The notes beneath the pieces are model-generated. The model did not search any database. It worked only from the letters and a program-made list of their open reading frames with translations, and was not told the origin of the DNA. From an uncultured Actinomycetes bacterium (lineage in GTDB: Bacteria; Actinomycetota; Thermoleophilia; RBG-16-64-13), in assembly GCA_963706025.1 (NCBI GenBank), contig CAVPLM010000018.1, positions 1 through 28,179 on the forward strand: a DNA stretch of 28,179 nt, given 5' to 3'. The position numbers and the translations under genes were made by a program. Shown piece by piece: positions 9,652 to 17,544 of this stretch (the stretch's first letter is position 1; each line of letters begins with the position of its first letter).

Positions 9652-9770
9652 AAGCGGCTATCCGTACGGGGGTTTCGGGGATTCCTTGAGATGAGGCCCC
9701 GTCTCAGTGGCCAGGTTTTCGCATGTCTCAGGCGAGTTCGGTGGCAACTCGGTGGCAAACTCGACAGCAA
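9652..9770 (+). repeat. tRNA-Ser-like att repeat R3 (5' part degenerate)
   Basis: GGCGAGTTCGGTGGCAACTCGGTGGCAAA at 9731-9759 is identical (29 bp) to 9123-9151; 5' remnant AAGCGG...TACGGGGGTT. Confidence 0.8.
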
Positions 9771-9870
9771 CAAACGGGGAGGACACTTCCCCGCCCGGTT
9801 GCATGCGCAGACATCGGGGTATGAACCTGGTCAGTGGTATTCACAGGGCATCGACTCGTGAGGAGGAGAA

Positions 9871-11172
9871 ATGCCTGCCATCGACCGACCCCCAGGCGCC
9901 CAAGACATGATGGATTTCGCTCTCGTCGACGCTCTGCTCGGCCGGCGCTCTCGACGCTTCTTTCAGGGTGCGGAGATACCGGATGGCGTGTTCGCCTACT
10001 CGTCGCGGGCAGAACCTCTGCCCCTGACTGACCTTGAGAAACTGCTCGTTGTGGGAGCCTGTAGCGGCAACACCAGTTGGCATCACATGATATTCCGCGG
10101 ACAGCGGTATGCTCCTCACCTCGCTAACTACGCCGGAGCGGCCGGTGGAAGGACATTCCCGTCTTCGGCCGGCTTCGAGACCAGCAAGACCTTCTTCACC
10201 GACGACGAGGGAGTGTACTTGGTGGAGATGCGGGACGCGCCGGCGTTCGCCGAACGAGCCGGTGATGGCTCACTGAGCCTGGACGAGTTCGTGGACAACG
10301 TTAGACTGCGCAGGCGCAGGATCAAGGACGGCCGTCTCGGCGTGCCCTCCGAGCCTCCCTTCACCGAGGCCCACAACACCTGGGTCTTCAACAAGCCCTC
10401 GACCCTCGTCGTCATCCCGGTGGGCGACGTGTCTCAGCACCTCCTCCTTGGGCTCTGCTACCTCCTGCAGAACGGCATCGTCCTCTACGACGACATCAAC
10501 AGGCGAGCCATCCCCGGGATCGAGGGCTTCGGGGATATCGTGGACACGGGCAGCGTATGGCCCATCACCGTCGCGGAGTTATCGGTCTTCGCCGAGGTGA
10601 ACGTGGAGCTGGGAACGAGCTGCTACGCGGGCGCCCTGATGCTCCAGGCCCTGGGGCTAGGGGGATGGATGTTCAACGGCGTCGATCCATTCACCGTGCT
10701 GGGAGCAAGCGGAGATCCCCGGGCTCCCGGATTGGGCTTCCGCTATGACACCGACGAGCGCTGGCCCTATCCGAATCCCACCGGTCTGGAGGGAGTGATG
10801 GAGGGATTCTGCCCTCCCCACTATGCCGACATGCGGGCGGCAGTCGAGGCGGTCTGTGAACGCAAGTTCGGCTCGGGCGGGCCGTTCAACCCAGCCACGC
10901 CGGGACCCTGGAAAGCCAGCGGCAAGGTGCGTGGGGCTGCCCAGGTCCACGACGAGCGCTTCAGGGAATGCGTGGCTCTGCAGGCCCAGTACATTTATGA
11001 CACCTTCGGGAAGTTCCCCGGCACGGTCCCCTCCATGTTCGTGAGCATGTACCTTCAGGCTCATCACTTGGACACCGCGTTCTATGACGAGTTCTTCAAG
11101 CCCGGAGCCTACCTGGAGACGCATGCGCATCACATGGAGCGCTGGCATCCTGACTTGAGGGCCGAAACATGA
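9871..11172 (+). CDS. Conserved hypothetical protein, probably nitroreductase/SagB-like flavoprotein fold
   Basis: RBS AGGAGGAG; ALLGRRSRRF (RRSxR FMN-binding-like), RTFPSSAG, LMLQALGLGGW. Confidence 0.7.
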   Translation: MPAIDRPPGAQDMMDFALVDALLGRRSRRFFQGAEIPDGVFAYSSRAEPLPLTDLEKLLVVGACSGNTSWHHMIFRGQRYAPHLANYAGAAGGRTFPSSAGFETSKTFFTDDEGVYLVEMRDAPAFAERAGDGSLSLDEFVDNVRLRRRRIKDGRLGVPSEPPFTEAHNTWVFNKPSTLVVIPVGDVSQHLLLGLCYLLQNGIVLYDDINRRAIPGIEGFGDIVDTGSVWPITVAELSVFAEVNVELGTSCYAGALMLQALGLGGWMFNGVDPFTVLGASGDPRAPGLGFRYDTDERWPYPNPTGLEGVMEGFCPPHYADMRAAVEAVCERKFGSGGPFNPATPGPWKASGKVRGAAQVHDERFRECVALQAQYIYDTFGKFPGTVPSMFVSMYLQAHHLDTAFYDEFFKPGAYLETHAHHMERWHPDLRAET

Positions 11173-11978
11173 TACCCGTCGTCAAGTCCATTGAGCTTCC
11201 CAACCAGGTGAGGCTGCCCTACTCGGAGCAGGGAGACCCGTACGGTGTGCCTTTGCTGCTGCTGCACGGCTTCACGGACTCATTACGCTCCTTCGATCTC
11301 GTGTTGCCTCACCTCCCCACATCCGTCCGGGCCATCGCGATCACGCAAAGGGGCCACGGCGACGCCAGTCGGCCCGCGGCAGGGTACCTTGTCTCCGATC
11401 TTGCGGCGGATCTAGCGGCATTCATGGATGTCATCCACCTGGAGGCCGCCTTCATCGCCGGCGCCTCCTCGGGTGGCCTCGTAGCCCAGCGCTTTGCGAT
11501 GGATCACCCCGAGCGCGTACTGGGTCTTGTGCTCGTGGGCTCGCCCGTGACACTGCGAAACAAACCGGGCGTGGTGAAAGCCTGGAACTCGAGGATATCG
11601 AAGCTCAGCGATCCGATCGACCCGGCGTTCGTGCGCCAGTTCGTCAAGAGCACCGCGACCAAGACGATACCGCAGGCGTTCTTCGAGACCATGGTGCAAG
11701 AGAGCCTGAAGCTACCGGCATTTGTATGGAAAGCAGCAATCGAGGGCTTCCTGAAAGACGACTTCACTGCCGAGCTTCACAAGATCAAGGCTCCCACATT
11801 GATCATCTGGGGCGATCAGGATGCTTTCACGCGAGACGATCAGGAGATCCTCCTGGCAGCCGTCAAGAACTCGAGGCGGCTGATCTACCACGGCGCCGGA
11901 CACACGCTCATCGCGGAGGAGCCTGAACGCCTTGCTGCCGATCTTGTGGCCTTCGTGGAGAGCGTCACAGCTCCCTGA
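11169..11978 (+). CDS. Alpha/beta fold hydrolase
   Basis: LLHGFTDS oxyanion motif, RGHG, nucleophile elbow GASSG, WGDQD, GAGH; ATGA overlap with the previous gene. Confidence 0.92.
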   Translation: MIPVVKSIELPNQVRLPYSEQGDPYGVPLLLLHGFTDSLRSFDLVLPHLPTSVRAIAITQRGHGDASRPAAGYLVSDLAADLAAFMDVIHLEAAFIAGASSGGLVAQRFAMDHPERVLGLVLVGSPVTLRNKPGVVKAWNSRISKLSDPIDPAFVRQFVKSTATKTIPQAFFETMVQESLKLPAFVWKAAIEGFLKDDFTAELHKIKAPTLIIWGDQDAFTRDDQEILLAAVKNSRRLIYHGAGHTLIAEEPERLAADLVAFVESVTAP

Positions 11979-11981
11979 GGG

Positions 11982-12112
11982 AAGCGGAGGGTACCGGGGG
12001 TTCGAATCCCCCCCTCCGCCTGTTTCACAGGGCTTGCTTGCTCTGAAGCCCGATGCCGGTGGCCGGTTCTTGGCGTCCTTTCGGCGATTTCGGTGACAAA
12101 GTCGTTGACACG
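11982..12112 (+). repeat. tRNA-Ser-like att repeat R4
   Basis: AAGCGGAGGGTACCGGGGGTTCGAATCCCCCCCTCCGCC, then GCCGGTTCTTGGCGTCCTTTCGGCGATT and arm-like TCGGTGACAA (12090-12099) / TCGTTGACAC (12102-12111). Confidence 0.85.
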
Positions 12113-12197
12113 AGACGTGACGACAGGGACGAGAAGACGCCAAGCGAGCTGCGCGATGGCGGGACAGCTGAAACACCGGTGAAGACGTGGCGGCCGC

Positions 12198-12770
12198 TCA
12201 TTCCTCCCGCCGGCCTTGGCTCCGCTGTCTCTCGATGGTCTCGGCCAACTCCTCAGCGCGCTGCGAGCCGAGCATGACGCGCCGGCCGTCGCGCAGCGTG
12301 AGATCGACACCCCTGTGGCCACTGACGTTGTAGGCGACCTTCTTCCGCGACCATCCCTTGATCCCCCAGCCGCCGTACTCTCCGATGGGGCTGTAGCTGC
12401 GAACCTCCAGTCTTTCGATCTCGTCCAGCCGGAGGACACGCTTGGACAGGGGACGGTACCGGATGAGCAACTCGCGGGACGTGACTTCGAGCACCAGCTC
12501 GAGCCGGGCGAAGAACAGCGGCAGGCCCACTCCGATCACCAACCATAGCAGCCATACTCCCCAGTCGGGGGCAGGATTGCCTCCGAACGGCCGGCCGAGC
12601 AGGATCTGCTGGGCGAAGCTCCACCAGCCGAGTGCGGTGAGCCCGGCGACCAGCACCCACAGCCACCACTGACGGAAGCGTTGCTCCTCATGGTAGACGG
12701 TCGACCCGGAGAGCCGCTGAGGCAGATCACCCTTCGCCGCAGCGTTGCCCCTTGATCGCACCGCGGACAT
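12198..12770 (-). CDS. DUF6141-like membrane protein
   Basis: EEQRFRQWWLW, two TM helices, YSPIGEYGGWGIK, AYNVSGHRGV, LGSQRAEEL. Confidence 0.75.
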   Translation of the reverse strand: MSAVRSRGNAAAKGDLPQRLSGSTVYHEEQRFRQWWLWVLVAGLTALGWWSFAQQILLGRPFGGNPAPDWGVWLLWLVIGVGLPLFFARLELVLEVTSRELLIRYRPLSKRVLRLDEIERLEVRSYSPIGEYGGWGIKGWSRKKVAYNVSGHRGVDLTLRDGRRVMLGSQRAEELAETIERQRSQGRREE

Positions 12771-12776
12771 TCCTTT

Positions 12777-13352
12777 CTACTTCTCCACCGGATACCCGGC
12801 CTCTACCCAACCAGAGTAGTTGCCCTGCAGACGGTATACGGTCGGAAAACCCGCATCCACGAGCGCCTGGGCGCCTGCTATGGCAACACTGTCCACGTGG
12901 CAGTAGACGAGGTACGGGACCTCCTTGTCGAGGGTGGGGATGGCCGCTTCGAGGGAGCCGTCACCCAGGTAGTAGCTGACCGCGCCGGGTAGGTGGCCCT
13001 CATCATAGTGAGGGGAGACATCTATGATCACCAGGTCCGGCGTCGTCTCGATGAGGCTCTGGGCCTGCTGTGGAGTGAGGTCGGTAAATGAGCCAGGCTT
13101 CGCTTCGGGAATGTCGATGTCCTCAGTGGTGGTGCTCGTAGTCGTCTGTTCGCTCATGGTCGTAGCAGTTGTGCCGACCTCAGTCGTCGTCGTGCCCCCT
13201 GGCATCGTTGTGGTGGCGGGCATGGCCGTCGTTGTGCTCTGAGGCACCGTGGTCGTGTCAGTGGCGGCCTCGTCACCGCAGGCGGCGAGGACCATGGCGG
13301 CTGCGACTAGGACAAGGACGAAGACAAGACCGGCTAACGAGAACCTCTTCAT
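12777..13352 (-). CDS. Rhodanese-like domain lipoprotein
   Basis: Lipobox LAAC, Thr-rich linker, IIDVS..YDEGHLPGA, VYCH active-site loop, LQGNYSGW. Confidence 0.85.
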   Translation of the reverse strand: MKRFSLAGLVFVLVLVAAAMVLAACGDEAATDTTTVPQSTTTAMPATTTMPGGTTTTEVGTTATTMSEQTTTSTTTEDIDIPEAKPGSFTDLTPQQAQSLIETTPDLVIIDVSPHYDEGHLPGAVSYYLGDGSLEAAIPTLDKEVPYLVYCHVDSVAIAGAQALVDAGFPTVYRLQGNYSGWVEAGYPVEK

Positions 13353-13800
13353 GATCCCCCCTCACTCTTTGAGGCACGAAGCCTCTCCCTGGCACACGCC
13401 GAGGGTATGCCCCCTTTTGGCCTCGACCAAACCGCGTTTCCTCCGCTGGGAAAGGAGCCGTGGGCGCACTCCGCCACGTTCTTCCGTACCGCGATGACTT
13501 CTGGCTTCTTCTGAGGCGTGTGGGATCCCTGGGCCTCAATAGCATGCGCGGTTCCTTGCCGGCAGGCTGAGGATTCGGACTCTGCGGAGTTCCACGTTTG
13601 GCTGTATTCACCGTTGCCCGGCTCCCAGCTACTCTGCCATTCCTGGGGAAACGTCGAAAACCGGAGAGGCAGATTCCCGGGCGACCGGTCACCGCCGGGT
13701 TTCAGCGGGTGGCCGACCACACATGAGGGAGGGGGTCATGAACAGCGTGCACCTGATCGCGGCTGGGGCGTCTCAGTACTGAGGGATCCGTTTCCCCGGG

Positions 13801-14181
13801 CTAGTCCACGCGTTCGGCCTCCTGGACGCACTCGGCCTCCCGTTCGACCCTCTCCTTCTGGCGGGCGCGCTTGAATAGATCCCGGTAGTAAGTCAGGTGC
13901 CAGCTGAGGTGGAAGATCGAGACCACCGCCATGACCACCCCTGCCTCCACGTGCCAGAAGATGAGGTTGAAGGGGACGCTGAAGAGCAACGCGTACTCTC
14001 GCCTGATGGCCATCGTGAGCCCGAACCCGGCCACCACCAAGAACGATCCAAGCAGGAGGACGTTCCAGACCTTGCGATGGGTGGTGACCTTGATGCGCTT
14101 CGTCCTGTAGAGGACAAAGCTCGCGGCGTATATCACCATTAGACCGAGGGCGATGGGACTGATGCTGTAGGTGCCGGACAC
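13801..14181 (-). CDS. Membrane protein, cytochrome b-like/DUF4405-type, probable partner of the molybdoenzyme
   Basis: Three hydrophobic helices with conserved-looking His residues (HRKVWN, FWHVEAG, FHLSWH); GTG start 8 nt below the oxidoreductase stop. Start uncertain. Confidence 0.6.
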   Translation of the reverse strand: MSGTYSISPIALGLMVIYAASFVLYRTKRIKVTTHRKVWNVLLLGSFLVVAGFGLTMAIRREYALLFSVPFNLIFWHVEAGVVMAVVSIFHLSWHLTYYRDLFKRARQKERVEREAECVQEAERVD

Positions 14182-14188
14182 GGGGAGG

Positions 14189-14892
14189 CTACTCGAACGC
14201 CGGTCCGTCGTCGTCGGCGTTGTTGTTGTACCCGGCGCGCTCCCAGTATCCGCGGAAGTCGGCATCCGATGACAGCTCTATCCGAGTGACCCACTTGGCC
14301 CATTTGTAGCCGAACTTGCTCTTGGCCACCACCTGCAGAGGGAAGCCTCTCTCGGGCGGCAGGGTGAGGTCGTTTATCTTCAGCGCGAGCAGGATGTTGT
14401 TCTCGAGGATGTAGTCCAGATCCAATGACGTGTATCCAGTAGGCACATCCGCGCTGTAGAAGATGGCTATGATCGCCTCGGGCTTGACTTGGGCATCCGC
14501 GAGGATCGCGCTGAGCGACGGGCCGGTCCATTTGGCCGTGAACTCCACCCTTCGACACAGTTGAGATCCATCAACCAGGATTCTTGTTCATATGACTCGA
14601 GGTCCGTGTACGACAGGGAAAGCGGCTCTCCCACCAGACCGTCCACCGTCAGCACGTAGGAATCTCCGTCGATGATCTGAGTACCTTTCAGGGCGTTGTT
14701 GCCCTGCTTGTTGATGGGGGTCAGTTTCACGCCCTGGAACTCGGTGGCCTCCACTTCTCCTGGGGGCTGGGGACCGGTCGTAGCACTGGCGGGTGCGGAC
14801 CCGCCGTCACCACAACCGAGAACGATCGCTGCCATGGCCAGGGTCACGAGCACGGCAAGAAATGACAATGCGAGCAGCGTCTTGATTCTCAT
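14189..14892 (-). CDS. Molybdopterin-dependent oxidoreductase (sulfite oxidase/MsrP family) lipoprotein, one frameshift near 14550
   Basis: Lipobox VLGC, LTVDGLV, DLNCVEGW (Mo-ligand Cys), then in the next frame AKWTG, LPPERGFPL, FGYKWAKWV, GYWE. Confidence 0.85.
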
Positions 14893-15033
14893 TGCTCCCC
14901 CCGCTGTGTAGGCTGTTAGCTCTGGTTACCCAGTGAGCAGGAAAAGAACACTCAAGACCCCGGTACGAACAGCCATCGGGAACTCGGTGACTCGTTCACG
15001 TGCACCGGCTCATCTTTCAGCAGAGCGTGGAAG

Positions 15034-15142
15034 GAAGCCGGGGGGTTGGAATACTCCCCCCGCTTCAGAAAGCCAAGAATGGCTATCAAGAACCCGGCCC
15101 ACGCGGCTGGGTTCTGGTGCCTTTTGGGTGAGTTCGGCTGCG
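15034..15142 (+). repeat. tRNA-Ser-like att repeat R5
   Basis: GAAGCCGGGGGGTTGGAATACTCCCCCCGCTTC; GAAAGCCAAGAATGGC at 15068-15083 identical to 9064-9079; hairpin AGAACCCGGCC/GGCTGGGTTCT; CTTTTGGGTGAGTTCGG. Confidence 0.85.
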
Positions 15143-15226
15143 AGCCAGGGACCGACGGCATGAGGGACGAGACCGTCTGGTACCCTGATGCCCGACGATC
15201 GTAACCCGCACCCGCAAGGAGGTTGA

Positions 15227-15743
15227 ATGCTCACGCCAAAGGCGGAAGTGTCAATGCTTGAGATCCCAACCATTCCCACGCTTGACGAGAAGGATTTGCG
15301 CTTCAGACACGTCGAGGACCTCCAATCCGCCCTGGAAGAATATGCCGCCTTCCACGATGGCACGATCGTCCGCAACTATGGCCCCGCATCGCCGGCCGCA
15401 GCTGGCCCGCGCACAGGTGACGAGATGGCAGCAAGCCAGGAGCGCATCATGCGCCAGAACAAAGCGATCGATCGGGCCATGCGCCGGCTGGCTATCATGG
15501 CGCCGCTCAGCCACCGACTGGTGCATGGCTACTATCGCCGGCCCGGGCCCTCGGGTACGCCGGCTGCCTGCCAGGAGGCAAGGGGCTGGGAGACGGCCGC
15601 GCGCTACGCCGGGCTCATGCCAACCAGGAGCGATCGCTCTGCGGGCCACCTTCGACGCCTTCTTGGAAGAGGCCATCGGCCTCTTGTTTGTCGCGCACCG
15701 CGCCAAGCATGTCTTGGCGCTGACTATGCCAGCGGTGGCATAG
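15227..15743 (+). CDS. Phage-like hypothetical protein, possibly a RinA/ArpU-like regulator; frameshift near 15640
   Basis: RBS AAGGAGGT; helical AIDRAMRRL...HRLVHGYY; natural-looking C-terminus (RATFDAFLEEAIGLL) in another frame ending at 15743. Confidence 0.5.
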
Positions 15744-15745
15744 TC
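15722..15745. terminator. Hairpin between convergent genes
   Basis: GACTATGCCA-gcgg-TGGCATAGTC, perfect 10-bp stem; no U-tract. Confidence 0.5.
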
Positions 15746-15756
15746 GGGGACGTCAT

Positions 15757-16470
15757 TCACCCCGGCATGAACAGCGCGGCGATCTTGGCGGCCGCCTCTT
15801 CCTCCATGGCGGGGATGGCGTGGGAGTAGACATCCAGGGTGATGCTGATGTTGGCGTGGCCCAGGCGCTCGGAGACCACCTTGGGGTGGATGCCGGCCTG
15901 CAGGGCCAGGGTGGCGTGGGTGTGGCGTAGATCGTGCAGGCGGATCCGGGGCTGCCCGGAGGCCTCGACGGCTTTCTGGAACGACTGGGTCACGAAGTCG
16001 GGATGATAGGGTCGCCCGTTCTCTTGTCGGAAGACGTAGCCGCTATCCACGTATCCGGCCGTCTTCCAAAGCAGCTGCTCCTCCAGCTGCTGCTTGCGGT
16101 GAGCCTTGAGCACGGCGAGCGTGGCCGGGTCGACCGAGACGTTCCGTCCGCGTCCGTTCTTCGGTTTGCCGATGTGGACCACGTAGCCGACCGGCACCAT
16201 GTTCTGCCGGATGGAGAGCCGGGCGTTCTCCATGTCCACGTCCTCCCACCTCAGCCCCAGCGCCTCTCCCCGCCTCATGCCGGTGCTGGCCAGAAGCAGC
16301 CAGAGGGGATAGAGGCGGGATCTCTCTGGTTGAGACGAGGAAGGCTTGCAGTTCCTTGGCGCTCCAGGTCTTCATCTCGTGGGTCATCGCCGCGCGGGTT
16401 CTGGGTGGGTCGGCGGCGTCGGCCGGATTGCGGGTGATGCGGTTCCAGCGCACGGCGGGGGACCATCCAG
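15757..16470 (-). pseudogene. Tyrosine recombinase/integrase, 5'-truncated and frameshifted
   Basis: TGMRRGE (R), RLHDLRHTHAT (HxxR), RLGHANI (H), VYSH (Y); upstream RNPADAADPP...TWSAKEL in another frame (shift ~16320); N-terminal domains missing. Confidence 0.92.
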
Positions 16471-16473
16471 GTA

Positions 16474-16530
16474 TCTGCAAAACTACTGCGATAGTTCGCT
16501 ATTAGTGCATTAACGCAGTCAAATTGCAGA
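16474..16530. promoter_or_regulatory. 23-bp imperfect inverted-repeat pair, putative AbiEi operator
   Basis: TCTGCAAaactACTGCGatagtt versus reverse complement of 16508-16530 TCTGCAAtttgACTGCGttaatg (16/23); 11-bp spacer; ends 1 bp before the ATG. Confidence 0.65.
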
Positions 16531-16531
16531 A

Positions 16532-17377
16532 ATGGACGAACGCCCGACAGGTGAATACGGTCTCTCGGCGGGCATCGCTCTGGCTGGGAGTCTAGCTGAC
16601 GCCGGTCGGTACGTCTTCACCACAGACGATGCTGTCGAGCTGCGTCCTGCGGGTGTCCGCCCGGAGACTGTTCCTCGCTTGCTCAAGTCGCTCGCCGACG
16701 CCGGTTGGATCATCCGCCTGCGCCGGGGCCTGTATGCCGGAACGGGGAAGCTCCCCGGAGGAGTGGACGTGCCGCCCTTCACGATCGCGACTTCATTGGT
16801 GAAACCGTCGGCTATCGCCCATCTGTCTGCTCTTGCCCACCATGGCCTGACGGATCAGATCCCTTTATCGACCAGCGCGATCACCACTCGAAAGGTCGTG
16901 ACCCCGAGCATGCGAGGGGCGCAGCCTCTGGATGGCCCGCAAGTCTGGCATGCGGCCGGACTTGACCTCCGGTACGTGGTGGTGGTCCCCTCACACTTCG
17001 ATCTAGGACTGGAGATGATCTGGCTAGACGAACGTTTTCGGGTGCCCATCACCGACCCAGAGCGAACGGTGCTGGATCTGTTCGCCCTGCCGCGACTATT
17101 CGGGGGAGTCGGAGAAGGCATGAGAGTTTTCGAGCAGTTTCGGGAGGGCATCGACCTGGCGAAGCTGGTCGCGTACGCTCTCCGGTACGGCTCGGTTGCT
17201 GTAGCCAAACGCCTGGGATGGACCCTCGAAGCGACCGGCGCCGGCCCGGCGGTGCTCGCGCCGCTTCGTGAACTCAGATCGTCCAGCTACAGCGCTCTGG
17301 ACCCGGGCCGGATCCGCCGTGGCCGGTACGACCGGGGCTGGATGATCATCGACAACCGCGCTGAAGACCGGGTCTAG
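16532..17377 (+). CDS. AbiEi-family antitoxin / transcriptional regulator (orphan)
   Basis: wHTH with GWIIRLRRGLY; SAIAHLSALAHHGLTDQIP; ITDPERTVLD; KRLGW. No toxin ORF follows. Confidence 0.88.
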   Translation: MDERPTGEYGLSAGIALAGSLADAGRYVFTTDDAVELRPAGVRPETVPRLLKSLADAGWIIRLRRGLYAGTGKLPGGVDVPPFTIATSLVKPSAIAHLSALAHHGLTDQIPLSTSAITTRKVVTPSMRGAQPLDGPQVWHAAGLDLRYVVVVPSHFDLGLEMIWLDERFRVPITDPERTVLDLFALPRLFGGVGEGMRVFEQFREGIDLAKLVAYALRYGSVAVAKRLGWTLEATGAGPAVLAPLRELRSSSYSALDPGRIRRGRYDRGWMIIDNRAEDRV

Positions 17378-17544
17378 CCGTACCGCGTACGTAGATTTGC
17401 GCTGATTCGTCATATTCACGCCGGCGTGAATATGGGCGGTTTCTGAAATCACGGAAGAACTCACTCCTACTTAGCGGCCATTCCTCCTGCAAAACTGAGC
17501 GAAAGTCGCTATATTAAGCAAACATAATGGCGCTATCATACAAT

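Noticed and set aside
13381-13460. Moco riboswitch-like ending CCTCC...GGAAAGGAG
   Set aside because: It is on the strand opposite the neighbouring genes, no credible downstream ORF follows, and the upstream stems were not recognisable. An Rfam scan would settle it.
14181-14191. Stop-codon readthrough fusing the molybdoenzyme to the membrane protein
   Set aside because: The two ORFs are in different frames; a fusion would need an additional indel.
7399-15142. CRISPR array or classical integron as explanation for the repeats
   Set aside because: Repeats are ~120 bp, diverged and kb apart, and no cas genes are present. I could not find RYYYAAC/GTTRRRY attC ends, and the integrase looks like a phage/ICE type rather than IntI.
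6262-16470. Intact prophage
   Set aside because: No structural, packaging or lysis genes; helicase and integrase are both truncated.
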